Shown here in pieces: positions 25,398 through 37,800 of a stretch of DNA of 64,000 nt (position 1 is the stretch's first letter; the number at the start of each line of letters is the position of its first letter). The stretch comes from Anaeramoeba ignava BMAN (taxonomy: Eukaryota; Protista; Anaeramoebae): assembly GCA_028826165.1 (NCBI GenBank), contig JAPDFW010000010.1, forward strand, positions 1 to 64,000. Direction: 5' to 3'. The notes beneath the pieces were generated by a model. The model saw only the letters and a program-made list of their open reading frames with translations. It made no database searches and was not told the origin of the DNA. A program made the position numbers and the translations under genes.

Positions 25398-25451
25398 TTG
25401 ATTTTGATTATTTTAAATTTGTTAATTAATAAAAAATCAAATAAATTTAGT

Positions 25452-27215
25452 TTATTTTGATTTAATTGTTAAAAAATAAATCAATTCCAATTTGAATAAA
25501 CATAAAATTAAGGATTTTTCTTGTGTAATTTGAATATCATCTTTAATTTGATTTGAATAAATCCAATATTCAAATATTTGAAATGATTTATTACTTAATT
25601 CACTATAATCTGTAACTTTATTTGATTTATCATTTGTTACAGATAAAAACATTCCTCGATATAATTCACTTCTCATTATTAATATTAGTTTAGGAAATTT
25701 ATATTGTTTTTCTTTTCTTTCAATAATAAAATCTTTTTCATTTTCATTTTCATTTTCATTTAAATAAATTCTTTTCATTGTTTCTTCAATTTTTTCATTG
25801 GAATTTATAATTTCTTTAATTTCAGAATATAATTTTGGATTTATTATTCTGTTTGAATAAATCATTTCAAATATTTGATTTGATTCTTTAATTGATTTTT
25901 TTGAAATAATTTCTTGAAGTTTTTCAATTTGATTTTGATTTAATCTATATTTCAATATTAATTTATGAGCTTTGATTATTTCTCCATTTTCTGTTTTAAA
26001 TGAAATATCACAAAATTCTTTTCTTTCAAATAAGTTTATCAAATCTTCTTCAAGATTGGAAAAAGAAAGAGGAGAATAATAAAGAAATGATTTGTGATAT
26101 CCACAAGAAATATGATAATTAGAAATATTTTCATTAAATCTTAATTTAGGAAGTTCAATTTGAATTGGAATTAATTGATCTTCTTTATCTCCAGTTCCTA
26201 ATTGGCCATAATAATTATTCCCAAATCCTATAATTTTTGAATTGGAAGTTAAAATCAAAGTATGAGCATTTCCAACAGAAAAATCAAGAATATTATTATC
26301 ATCATTTTCAAATAAAGATGATTTGATTTCAGTAAATTCATAAGTATTTTCATTTTTGCCAAGTCCATTATTTCTATAAAATCCACATGAATAAAGTTTT
26401 CTTTTTGGATTTTCATCTTCATTTTCATTTTCATTTTCAATCAACATTATTGAATAAAGAAATCCACATTGAATATCAATTATTTTACCTTTTGGAATAT
26501 TTTGGATTTGGGTTAATTTTTGGATTTTTGTTTCTTTTCTTCTTGATTCTCCTAATCCAAGTTGACCTTTTTCATTATCGCCGCATCCAAATAATTCTTT
26601 ATTTGAATTTAAAAGAAAAACATAAAATGAAATATTTCCTGAAAATATTTTAGAAACATTTTTCATCATTAAAATTGGTTTTTCTGTTTTTTTAAGTGTT
26701 TGATAATCAAAACCAAGTTGACCATATTGATTTGAACCAATTCCATAAACATTTTGATTTGAAGTTAATAAGTAAATTGAACTTCTTCCAGAAACAATAT
26801 CTTGAATTATTCTATCATTTGGATCTTCAATTAATGATGAAATGTTGATAAATTCTTTTGTATTTTTTGGATTAATATCATATCCTTTGGCAAATACATT
26901 TCCTTCTTTTGTTAAAATAGCTTCATTTTCCCAACCAACAGTTACTTTTTGAATATTTTCTTCAATTTGGATTTTTTCAGGATTTTGTTTTGAATCATTT
27001 TCATTTAAATATTCTATTGCTTTTCCATTTTCAAAAAGGAAAATTGTTGAAAAACTCGATGATGAAATTTGTTTAATTTGTTTTCCATTTTCATTTTCAT
27101 TTTCATTTTCATTTTCATTTTCAAATTTAAATTGAATTGGTTTTATTATTATTTCTGGTTTATTTTTGAAAAGTTTTGGATATTTATTTCTTCCAAAAAA
27201 TAAAATTTCATTCAT
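25452..27215 (-). CDS. RCC1-repeat + BTB protein, intronless, extreme 3' end degraded
   Basis: Repeated GxNxxGQLG and ISCG/SVGNAHT RCC1 motifs, then EFCDISF..KAHKLIL and LILIMRSELYRGMF..WIYS BTB-like segments. Confidence 0.9.
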   Translation of the reverse strand: MNEILFFGRNKYPKLFKNKPEIIIKPIQFKFENENENENENENGKQIKQISSSSFSTIFLFENGKAIEYLNENDSKQNPEKIQIEENIQKVTVGWENEAILTKEGNVFAKGYDINPKNTKEFINISSLIEDPNDRIIQDIVSGRSSIYLLTSNQNVYGIGSNQYGQLGFDYQTLKKTEKPILMMKNVSKIFSGNISFYVFLLNSNKELFGCGDNEKGQLGLGESRRKETKIQKLTQIQNIPKGKIIDIQCGFLYSIMLIENENENEDENPKRKLYSCGFYRNNGLGKNENTYEFTEIKSSLFENDDNNILDFSVGNAHTLILTSNSKIIGFGNNYYGQLGTGDKEDQLIPIQIELPKLRFNENISNYHISCGYHKSFLYYSPLSFSNLEEDLINLFERKEFCDISFKTENGEIIKAHKLILKYRLNQNQIEKLQEIISKKSIKESNQIFEMIYSNRIINPKLYSEIKEIINSNEKIEETMKRIYLNENENENEKDFIIERKEKQYKFPKLILIMRSELYRGMFLSVTNDKSNKVTDYSELSNKSFQIFEYWIYSNQIKDDIQITQEKSLILCLFKLELIYFLTIKSK

Positions 27216-27515
27216 TTTTGAAAAGAAAAAAATGAAAAAATGAATTTTAATTTTAATTTTTAATTTTAATTTTAAATTTTAATTTAAATTTTAATTTTAA
27301 TTTTAATTTTAATTTTAATTTTAATTTTAATTTTAATTTTAATTTTGATTTTAATTTTGATTTTTAATTTAAATTTTAATTTTAATTTTAATTTTAATTT
27401 TAATTTTAAATTTTAATTTTAATTTAATTTTAATTTTAATTTTAATTTTAATTTTGATTTTAATTTTGATTTTAATTTTAATTTTAATTTTAATTTTAAT
27501 TTTAATTTTTTGTGA

Positions 27516-29931
27516 TTAAAGCTCTTTTTTCTCATTTGTATTTGTATTTGTATTTGTATTTGTATTTGTTTCATTTTTAACTTTTTGAAGAGATTCAGGA
27601 GCAATTTCAAGAAGAGAACGAACATAATAAGGAATTATAGAAGGATGAAAATTTTGAGGACGAGGAACTTCTTTTGAAAATTTACAGTTTAAAAGTGAAT
27701 TAACAAAAGATTTTGGAATTTGAGTTATTCCATGGAAAGCGCCAATTAAACCACAAACAATAGCAGCATTAGTATCAGTATCACCGCCACCCAAGAGGGT
27801 TTCTTTCAAGGCTAATTCGAAACTTGTTCCCAATAGTAAATGTCTAAATGCATGAACAAATGCAATTTTAACAAATCCTGCTAATGGATAGTATGGAATA
27901 TCCTTATTCTCTTTTGCTAATCCAATCCATTCTTGTACTTCTTCACATGCGTTCTCTTTTATCCATTGTTCTGCTATTGAAAATGCTTCTTTGTTTTCTC
28001 CTGGATGATTGATAAGATGAGCACATGCTATTACATATGCTGCAACTGCATCTGCACAACTTGGATTTGGGTGTGTTAATCTGGAATCAGTTCGTGCACA
28101 TTCTGCAAGTGTTCTTTTGTTTTTCAAATTTAGTTTTTTTATAATTAAATTAATTCCAAAATTTAAATAAAAATTTAAATAAAAATTGATTTAAAAATTA
28201 ATTTAAAAATTGATTTAAAAATTTAAATAAAATTGATTTAAAAATTCATTCCAAAATTGATTTAAAAATTGATTTAAAAATTGATTTAAAAATTCATTCC
28301 GAAATTGATTTAAAAATTGATTCCAAAATTTAAATAAAAATTGATTTAAAAATTGATTTAAAAATTGATTTAAAAATTGATTTAAAAATTGATTCCAAAA
28401 TTTAAATAAAAATTGAATAAAAATTGATTTAAAATTTGAATAAGAATTTAAATAAAAATTTGAATAAAATTTGATTCCAAAATTGATTTAAAAATTCATT
28501 CCAAAATTTAAATAAAAATTAATTTAAAAATTCATTCCAAAATTGATTTAAAAATTCATTCCAAAATTGATTTAAAAATTGATTTAAAAATTGATTTAAA
28601 AATTCATTCCAAAATTTAATTAAAAATTGATTTAAAAATTGATTTAAAAATTCATTCCAAAATTGATTTAAAAATTGATTTAAAAATTGAATTAAAAATT
28701 AATTCCAAAATTGATTTAAAAATTGATTTAAAAATTGATTTAAAAATTGATTAAAAATTCATTCCAAAATTTAAATAAAAATTGATTTAAAAAATTGATT
28801 TAAAAATTCATTCCAAAATTAATTTCAAAATTGATTTAAAAATTGATTTAAAAATTGATTTAAAAATTTAAATAAAAATTGATTTAAAAATTCATTCCAA
28901 AATTGATTTAAAAATTGATTTAAAAATTGATTTAAAAATTGATTTAAAAATTCATTCCAAAATTGATTTAAAAATTGATTTAAAAATTCATTCCAAAATT
29001 GATTTAAAAATTCATTTAAAAATTCATTCCAAAATTGATTTAAAATTTGAATAAAAATTTAAATAAAAATTGATTTAAAAATTCATTCCAAAATTGAATT
29101 AAAAATTGATTTAAAAATTGATTTAAAATTTAAATAAAAATTTGAATAAAATTTGAATAAAAATTGATTTAAAATTTGATTTAAAGATTGATTTAAAAAT
29201 TCATTCCAAAATTCATTCCAAAATTGATTTAAAAATTGAATAAAAATTGATTTAAAAATTGATTTAAAAATTGATTTAAAAATTGATTTAAAAATTCATT
29301 CCAAAATTAATTTAAAAATTTGAATAAAATTTGAATAAAAATTTGAATAAAAATTTGAATAAAAATTTAATTACTTAACAGGAAGTTGATGACCCCAAAT
29401 TGCTAAAGGAGTAGCTCTCATCAAACTTCCATTCGCTTTTGATTCAGAATTAAGCTTTTTTGATTGATTTATCATTTTACTAGCAAGTTTAGGATCATCA
29501 GGATCAGCTTTCAAAATAGGAATAAGAGCTTTTTGAGTAGTATAACCCATATCAAACGGACCAGATTTGAGCCATTGACCATACTGATAAGCGATTTGAT
29601 TGATATTAAAAGTAGTCTTTGAATGATCAAGAGGAGAAATAAGACCTTTTGCTAATGAAAGTGCCATTTCAGTATCATCAGTTAGTTGGCCACTTCCAAC
29701 CCTCCAAACTCCTCCTCCAGGCATTTTTAACGCTCTTAATACTTCATCCTCATTCGGTTTTCTGCCTATCATCTCAAGATATGAACCTGATGAATCACCT
29801 ATTGCTGCTCCAATAAAACATCCTAATGATTGATTGTATTTTTCCCAACTTATTTTTGTTAATTTTGATAATGATTCCCATTCTCCTGTTTGTAAAGCTT
29901 TTAATAATTCTTTGCTTTCGTTTTGAAACAT
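27516..29931 (-). CDS. ADP-ribosylglycohydrolase (DraG/ARH family), 2 exons
   Basis: Motifs GAAIGDSSG, GQLTDDTEM, PFDMG, ANGSLMRATP, SRLTH and GGDTDTNAAIVCGLIGA. Intron 29374-28114 joins PVK|TLAECA. Confidence 0.93.
28150..29370. repeat. ~12-bp unit array (AAAAATTGATTT/AAAATTCATTCC) filling the ARH intron
   Basis: Directly visible. The unit is related to the 11-bp unit at 4455-6475. Confidence 0.95.
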
Positions 29932-30208
29932 TTCTTCTTCTTCTTCTTTTGTTATTGTTTTTGTTTTTGTTTTTTGGATAATTAGTAAAGAAAAGAGGAA
30001 AATTAAAAGAGTTTTTTTAATTAAAAATTTTGATTGTTTTTTTTTCGTTTTTTAAAAAGTAAAAAAAAAATGAAAAATGAAAATAATTTTTTGAGATTTT
30101 GAGTTTTGAATTTTGAGATTAATTTGAATTTTGAGATTAATTTGAATTTTGAGATTAATTTGAATTTTGAAAGAAAAAAAAAAAAGTGGAATTGAAAGAA
30201 AAAAAAAA

Positions 30209-32081
30209 TTAATTTGTGACGATAACTTTTGGACTAACTGCAACGTCAATGTATTCATAATAAGGAAGGAATTTGAAAACATAAATACCTTCTTGGTCAA
30301 TAGTAGTTGTCAATTTACCAGTAGTATTTCCATCACAATTCAAGAATTTGAGATAAGAAGTGTTTGAGGTTTCATTTGATTTGTAGAGTCCAATCCAATC
30401 TTGAGAATTGCCTTCTGTAACTTTCCATTCAACAGTAACTTCTTGACCCACTTGAATTTCAGTTGGAGTGACAGTCAAACTTTCTTCACCTTCAGGTCTT
30501 CTTGGGATCAAACAAGAATCAATGGTTTCGTTTGTGGAAGTTTTCAAATGGAATTTAAATCCATATGTGACTGGTTTTTCTCCTTCAAATGAGCATAATG
30601 CATAACAATGGGTTTCGATTCCTTCTTTTTGTTTAATAACTTTTAAGTTTTCTAATTCATATTCTGTTTTTCCAACTGTTTTTGCTTTTTCTGCGATATC
30701 TTCTAATCCTTTTTTATCCCAATAATAGTAACTTGATGAAGCTGAAATTCTGACGCAAACATTCCATTTGTCTCTCCATACTTCCGAATAGATTCTTGAA
30801 AAACTTTTTGTATCATCACAATAAGTGAAGAAAGTCAATCCTATTTTAATAATTTATTTTAATATTTTATTATTTTATTAATATTTTAATATTTTAATAT
30901 TTTATTATTTTATTATTTTATTAATATTTTAATATTTTATTATTTTATTATTTTATTATTTTAATATTTTAATATTTTAATATTTTAATATTTTAATATT
31001 TTATTAATATTTTATTATTATTTTAATATTTTTATATTTTAATATTTTAATATTTTAATATTTTATTATTTTAATATTTTATTATATTAATATTTTATTA
31101 TTTTAATATTTTAATATTTTAATATTTTGATATTATTTTATTATTTTTATATTTTTATATTGATTTTTATTTACCAGCTTGTGATTCTTTTCTCTCTTTT
31201 TCAGTAACTAAAGATAATTTTGGATTAACATGCTCAGTAACAACTCTATTCTTCTTTCCCAAAGTATCTTCAAAAACAAGTTTAGTTCTAAAAGGTTGAG
31301 GAAGAGAAAAACTATAGAAATTTCTAAATTCATAACCTAAAGCTTCGCCTTGAAGTTCAACAACACAAGAAACAACAACATCAACCGATTCCTTTTCTTT
31401 CAAATTGAAACTAGTTGTTCCATCAAGCCAATCATATCTTTCAAAACCTCTCCAATCTTGATATTTGACACCCAAAACAGTTCTCAAGGGAGCTTTCCAT
31501 TCTTTTCCATCCCACCAAAACGCCTTGATTTCAGTAACTGAAGTTGGTTCGTTAATTGTGTTCACAACTGTCAAATGAGAGATGAAATAATTATTGTATT
31601 TTCCACTTCTTGCATATTGATCACTTTGTACTTCCGATTTAAGATACTTAAGTCTTAATGGTCCTGGTCCTTGTGATTCCCATACTTTCGGTTTAAGCGG
31701 TTCTCCTACCTCAAGTTTGCTTCCTTTGAAAAGTCTTTTCGGTAATTTTGGATCTGTTGGTTCAAGTTCTTGTTCTTCAATTGGAACTACTTTAACTGGT
31801 TGTGGTCCATCTTCAAATAATTCTTCTTCAATAATTTCAGCAACTTCTTCTTTTTGTTCTACTCCTTTTTTACCTGAATTATAATTTAAATTAAAATTTT
31901 TATTTATATTTTTATTTGGATTATTTTGTAAATTTAAAAAAAAGCAAAAAAAAAACTTTCAAAAAATTTTTTGCTTTTTTTTTTATTTAATATTATTTTT
32001 ATTTTATTTACTTTCAAGAGCTGTTACTCTATCTTCTAATTTCTTAAGTCTTTCAATAATTTCATCGAGTTTTGCTTCCAT
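30209..32081 (-). CDS. Hypothetical protein: N-terminal short coiled coil, unknown beta-rich core, C-terminal SKICH/Ig-like domain, 3 exons
   Basis: Exons 32081-32012, 31873-31175 and 30840-30209 are in frame. Start MEAKLDEIIERLKKLEDRVTALE. C-terminal VTVEW..SQDWIGLY..YLKF..G..G.YVFKF. Confidence 0.8.
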
Positions 32082-32607
32082 TCTTTTTCTTTTTTAAATT
32101 TAAATTGAGAGAAAAAATGAAATTGAAAAAAAAATAAAAATAAAAATAAAAAGCAAAAAAAAAAATAATTTTTTGTTTTTTTTTTTGATCAATTCGAAAA
32201 ATAAATTTAAAAAACTTTAAGTACGTCATTCAAAATTAAATATTAATTTAAAAATAATTTATTTATTCAATTTTATATTTTTCCTTTCCAAAAAAAAAAA
32301 AATTATTTTTTCCAACTTTAAGTAAAATTTTTTTACATTTTTTATACCCTTTTAATAATAAATTTTTTTTATTTTTTCAAAAGGAAAAGAGAAATTAATA
32401 CTAAAAGAATATATTAAGCCTATAAAAAAAAGTGGAATAAATAAATAAATAAATAAATAAATATTTAATAATAAAAAGTGGAATAATTTAATATTTCAAT
32501 TCCTTTCATGTTTTTTCTCATTTTCCTTTCATGTTTTTTTTTCAAAATTTAAAAAAATTTTATTTTCATTTTTTTCATTTTTTTCTTTTCTTATTAATTG
32601 AAAACGA

Positions 32608-33561
32608 ATGAAACAAATGGAAATTGAAATAAATGAAAATATTAGTAAAAACCAAGATAGTCTAACTTTGGATGTATTACCATTCAAAGATCATTTAAAG
32701 CAAGAGAATTGTAATAGAGTTATTCTTGTGAAGAATATTTTCGAAAATTTACCAACAGGAATGAAAAAAAGCGTAATTGGAAATTATATTCCAATCATGA
32801 TTCGAAATCAAACACAAAAATTCATCCGTGATATAGCACAAAAATATATTCCAGAATTTGAGATTGATCAAATGAACACCAGAAAAATTATCATTCATGA
32901 TCTTGAATCAAATACAAAACAAATTGTTCCTCAAGTAAAACCACCAACAAATGCTATTTTGGCAGGACCTTCAGGAGCTGGGAAATCTTATATGCTTTTT
33001 CATATTGCCTACTTTTGCTCCCAACTTGAGAAATGGTTTGTTCTTTATATTCCTCAATTTGCAGATCTAAGAAAACAACCAAGCCATAAAGCAGCTCGTT
33101 TTATTGTTCGGAATCTTTACAAATTATATAAGAAAGAATTGTTTGAATTTTATAAATTTCCATATGATGAAAAATTGTGGGATATTGAAAATCCTAATGA
33201 AAATCAAAAGAATCAAATGTTTCAAACTTGTACCAACTTGCTTTCTAATTTAACATTAGGATTTTTTGAAAAACATCACATATTGATTGCAATAGATCAA
33301 TGGAATGTTCTTTTTCGACCAAAAGAATCAAAAGAATCAAAAGAAGATGAGCATGTTTTAGATTTTTTTAAAGTATTTAGATCAATCCCAAATGGACTGT
33401 TTATCACTGCTGTCAGTTCAACCTTTGATCCTGTTGACAAATTACAAGATGCAGACTATGTTACATATAAACAGAATGTTGAATTGTATAACGAAATGGA
33501 ATTGGAATCAATGATCAATCATCAAAAAATGTTACATTATATACCTCAAAAAAGGGATTAA
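32608..33561 (+). CDS. P-loop NTPase (DAP3-like/Crinkler-associated type), intronless, apparently C-terminally truncated
   Basis: Walker A GPSGAGKS, WFVLYIP strand and Walker B LIAIDQWN. The ORF ends directly in a repeat. Confidence 0.8.
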   Translation: MKQMEIEINENISKNQDSLTLDVLPFKDHLKQENCNRVILVKNIFENLPTGMKKSVIGNYIPIMIRNQTQKFIRDIAQKYIPEFEIDQMNTRKIIIHDLESNTKQIVPQVKPPTNAILAGPSGAGKSYMLFHIAYFCSQLEKWFVLYIPQFADLRKQPSHKAARFIVRNLYKLYKKELFEFYKFPYDEKLWDIENPNENQKNQMFQTCTNLLSNLTLGFFEKHHILIAIDQWNVLFRPKESKESKEDEHVLDFFKVFRSIPNGLFITAVSSTFDPVDKLQDADYVTYKQNVELYNEMELESMINHQKMLHYIPQKRD

Positions 33562-33782
33562 AATAAATAAATAAATAAATAAATATATATATAAATAAAT
33601 ATTTAATAATAAAAAGTGGAATTAAAAGTTGGATTAAGTTTTTATTGATTTTGAAATGCAAAAATCAAAAACAACTTGCTTTTTTTTTGAAGTAAAAAAA
33701 AAATGAAGTAAAAAAAAAAAGTGGAACAAATTTAAAGAAAAAGAAATTATTTTGTTTTTCAAAAAAAAAAGAAAATTAGAAA

Positions 33783-34710
33783 TTAGTTTGAATCTGAAAA
33801 TGAAGAAGAAAAAGATTCAGATTTTGATTTAGATTTTGATTTAGATTTTGATTTTGATTTTGATTTTGATTTTGATTTTGATTTTGATTTTGATTTAGAT
33901 TTTGATTTTTTAGTTGGAGATTTTGTTTTAGTTTTATTTGGTGATTTAGATTTAGTTGGAGATTTAGTTTTAGTTTTAGTTTTAGTTTTAGTTGGAGATT
34001 TAGATTTAGTTTGAATATCACTTCCTTCTAAAGCTGCTTTTGGAATTGTATCTCTTTGATATTTACAACCAGCAGGAATTACAAGATATTTTTGTTTGTT
34101 TTCAAAATGAGTAAGATCATCAATTTTCTTTCCACGAATTGTACAAATTCCAGTTACTCCTTGTTGGCATTTGCAAACTTTTCCCAAATGTTGTTTAAGC
34201 TAAAAACAAAATTTAAATTAAAAATAAAATTCATTTATAAAATTAAAAATTAAAAAATTTCTTTTTGGTTTTTAGTTTAAATTACTTGATCCATATTTCG
34301 AAAATTTTTAAGAAGAACTTTTTGTCCCTATTTATATTTATAAATTTATATTTTTATATTTATATTTTTATATTTATATTTTTATATTTATATTTTTATA
34401 TTTATATTTTTATATTTATATATTTATATTTATATTTTGTTTTATTTTATTAACATAATTTTAACAGTTTTTTTGTTTTAAGATCGTTTTTCCACAAATT
34501 TTTTTATTATTATTTTGATTTTATTTTGATTTTATTTTTATTTTGATTTTATTTTGATTTTATTGATTAATTTTTTTTTTTTTTATATTTTTTATTTACT
34601 TGATCAGCTCTTTCTCGAATATTAAAAAAATAAACAAATGGAGGAGTTGTTGCTTGAACTCCAAATTTTTCAACAGGTTTTTGTGAATAACTCTTTGAAA
34701 ATGAAGACAT
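33783..34710 (-). CDS. Doublecortin (DCX) domain protein with S/K/T/P-rich tail, 3 exons
   Basis: Exons 34710-34600, ~34327-34286 and ~34199-33783 give ..VYFFNIRERADQ|GQKVLLKNFRNMDQ|LKQHLGKVCKCQQGVTGICTIRGKKIDDLTHFENKQKYLVIPAG, a DCX pattern. Confidence 0.75.
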
Positions 34711-34821
34711 TTTTTTTAAAGAAAAGAAATTTTAAAAGAAAAAAGAAAAAGAAAAAGAAAAAATGAAAATAATTTTTTTTGCTTTTTTTTTTTTCATTTT
34801 TTTTTCATTTTTTTTTTTAAA

Positions 34822-37800
34822 ATGTCTCAAATTGATTTATTAAATGATTCAATAGAAACATCTTCACAAAATCAAATTGAAATTAGTCAAGAAACACAAG
34901 AAACTTCACAAATAGAAGAAAATAAACTTAATTTACATTTTAAAATTTATCAAACACTTAAAAATAACTGTTTGAAAATGAAAAATATAAAAATATATAA
35001 AAATATATAAATATATTTAAATAAATATAATATTTACAACGAGAATAGGGAATGAATATCAAAAAGGAGAAGCTATTTTACCACTTACATTGAATGAAAT
35101 TAAATATTTTGAAAAAAAATTATTTGAATGTGAAAAATTAAATCCTGAACAATTCGAAAATCAAAATGAAATCAATACTAATGAAAATATCATCGGGAAA
35201 ACTTTGTGGTATCTTTCTCAAATCCCGAGCTTGAAAATTCATAGCAAGAATCGCAAACAAAAAGACCAGATCACAAATATTACTTTATCGGAAATTTTCC
35301 CAACTGTCAAAACACTTCAAATAAATAATTGCATTTTAAATAATTTCTTGGATTTCCACTCACGATTTATTTTGCAATTGGAAAGTTTAACTCTTGATGA
35401 TTGCGCTTTAAATTCGTTCAAGGAAATATTTTATGTTGAAAGTCAAGAAGGATTGAAACTGAAAAGTTTAATTTGCATTAACAATCAAATATCTCATTTT
35501 GAGGAATCACTTGTAAATTTTATTGAAAAAAAATTCCCAAAAAAAAAATAGTGAAGAAATTCAAACTGTGTTCTTTTACTTCTTGTGTTTTTTAGAGCAT
35601 TCTCAAAAACCTCGAATATTTGGATCTTCGAGGAAATAAAATTTCAAATATAACAGGAATTGAAAACCTTGATGTTACGTATCTTTATTATGTGAATTGG
35701 TCGTTTAATCAATTGTATTCCACAGAAGAACTGAATTTCTATCTCGGAAACATCCAGGAATTATATCTCACAGGAAACAAACTGGAGACAACAGAAGGAA
35801 TCCGCAAGTTATTTTCTCTTGAAATTCTCGACATTTCACGAAACAAAATAAAATCCATTTCCGAAATAGAGGCGCTGCAATCACTTCCGAGTCTGGAATA
35901 TCTGAACGTCGAATTGAATCCCTGCACAAACTCAGAGCTTTTCCGCGTGAAGATTTTTTATCATCTCGACAGACTCGTTCTTCTTGATGAAAACCCAATG
36001 TCAAAAGAAGAAGAAGAACTTGTCAAATTCCTTGTAAAAGAAAAACCCCGAAAAGGGGGTTCTTTTAGTTCATTGCATTTAAGTCCCCCCAAAAAATCAA
36101 CACATCATCAAATAGAAAGTTATTCAGAAGTAAAAGATCTTGAGACTGTATGCACGCAAATTGAGGAAAAGCATCGCGAGGAAAGACAGGCGATGAGACG
36201 CAAACGCAAGACGTTGGAATCGATTGTGGATCTTCTTGAGAAGTGGCAAAGACACAAGCGCTCTGCGGAGATACACGACTCAATGTGCAACCGTTTTGAT
36301 GTGCGGACAGAGACGCAAGCAAACTATTTCCAGGAACTGAGCATCAGGAACCAGCAGATCGACCTGTCAAGCTTTATGGAAGACAAAGAAGAGCGTATTT
36401 TGCACGAGAAAATGCGGCAGTATCTCGACAAGAGACAGAAGGTGGAAGAGGAATTCAGCGCAAAAAAGGATCATGGCGAAGACAGCAGTCTTGATATTGG
36501 GACAGAATATTTCGAGAACTTGGAAAAGCTGCGGGGAGATATGGAGAGGGAAATACTTAAAAGAAAAACACACATTGGAAGTTTTAAAAGCAATTTGACA
36601 ACTAGTGATCCTAAAAGAGAAGCGGATCGGTTCGAGTCTGAGATCTCACTTTATAAAAAAGAGGGAGGCGAGCAATGGCTGAGGATTCTCAACGAGAAGA
36701 AAAAGGCGCTTGCAGAGCAGATGCAGAAACTGAGGAAAAAGCAGGAAAAGAACCTGGAACTTCTGCGAAGATCCATCGAACTCGGACTTTTCCGCTCACG
36801 TATTCTTGTCGAGGTTGTGGATCCTTCACAACGCGGCACAGTGTACCGTGTTCTCAAATTCTCCAAGAAAACACCCCAGTTGTTTTTGGAGCTGGACACC
36901 GCAACAATGAAGATGGAACGTAAATTGGACGCAACAGCACTCACACATATTGCTGTTGCTCAGCATTTGCAGAGACTTGTTGTGACACTAACGTTTGAGG
37001 AAGCGACCAAAATCGGGCATAAACTCGTTGTGATCTATGCGCTCTACGACTCAGATGATGCCGATTATCTGGTCAGTTTCTTGGGTTTGCTGTCATGTAC
37101 AAAAACAGTTGAAAATTGTATTCAATGCGAAAATATCCCCCAAAATTTGGAACAATTTGGAATTAATGGATTTGAACGGTTCTTTGATATCCCCGACAAA
37201 ACTGCCCAAGATTCCCAATCGGGAAACAAAACAACAGGCCATCGATCGGGTCAGATCGGTGATGGCAATAGACCAGAAACAACAACGAAATGGGCAAATG
37301 ACACACAATTAGACAGTACCGATCCAAATTTGCAAAAAAACCAAATGCAAAAAACAAGATCAACAATGGAAAGTCTAACAGAAAACGATATCGCAATCGA
37401 GAACATGGGAGAGAAATTGCGCATTGTCAAGAAATACGACCGTAACTTTGAGCGCGGCGATCGAGAGACAATTTTTCTTTTCGGGTCGAGATTCATCGAT
37501 TCGTATATGGACGAAGAACTGGTTTCCAAGCGCGCAAATCCGCAACGAAGAGTGCAGAACATTGACGGTGTTTCCTCATCAAAACTCAGTCACGATTCCG
37601 CTCACAAGATCCTGAAATACAACGATGTTGTCGAGCATCTTTCCACCGGAACAGAGCCTTCAGGATTTGAAATCCGAAAGGACGAACTGGAGTACATCAG
37701 CTCAACATTCTTTTTAAGTCCAGTCGGAAAGGAAACCGTTATCAAAACTCTAGTTGCAACGTATGTGCGCTCAAACGAAAAACGTCCCTCCTATTTGATA

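Noticed and set aside
32221-32229. CRE-like ACGTCA, and AP-1-like TGACTCA near 18127
   Set aside because: Single short occurrences with no supporting evidence.
35739-37615. Numerous short antisense or alternate-frame ORFs within the LRR gene, TAF1 and RhoGEF
   Set aside because: Expected by chance in GC-richer exons, with no recognisable domains.
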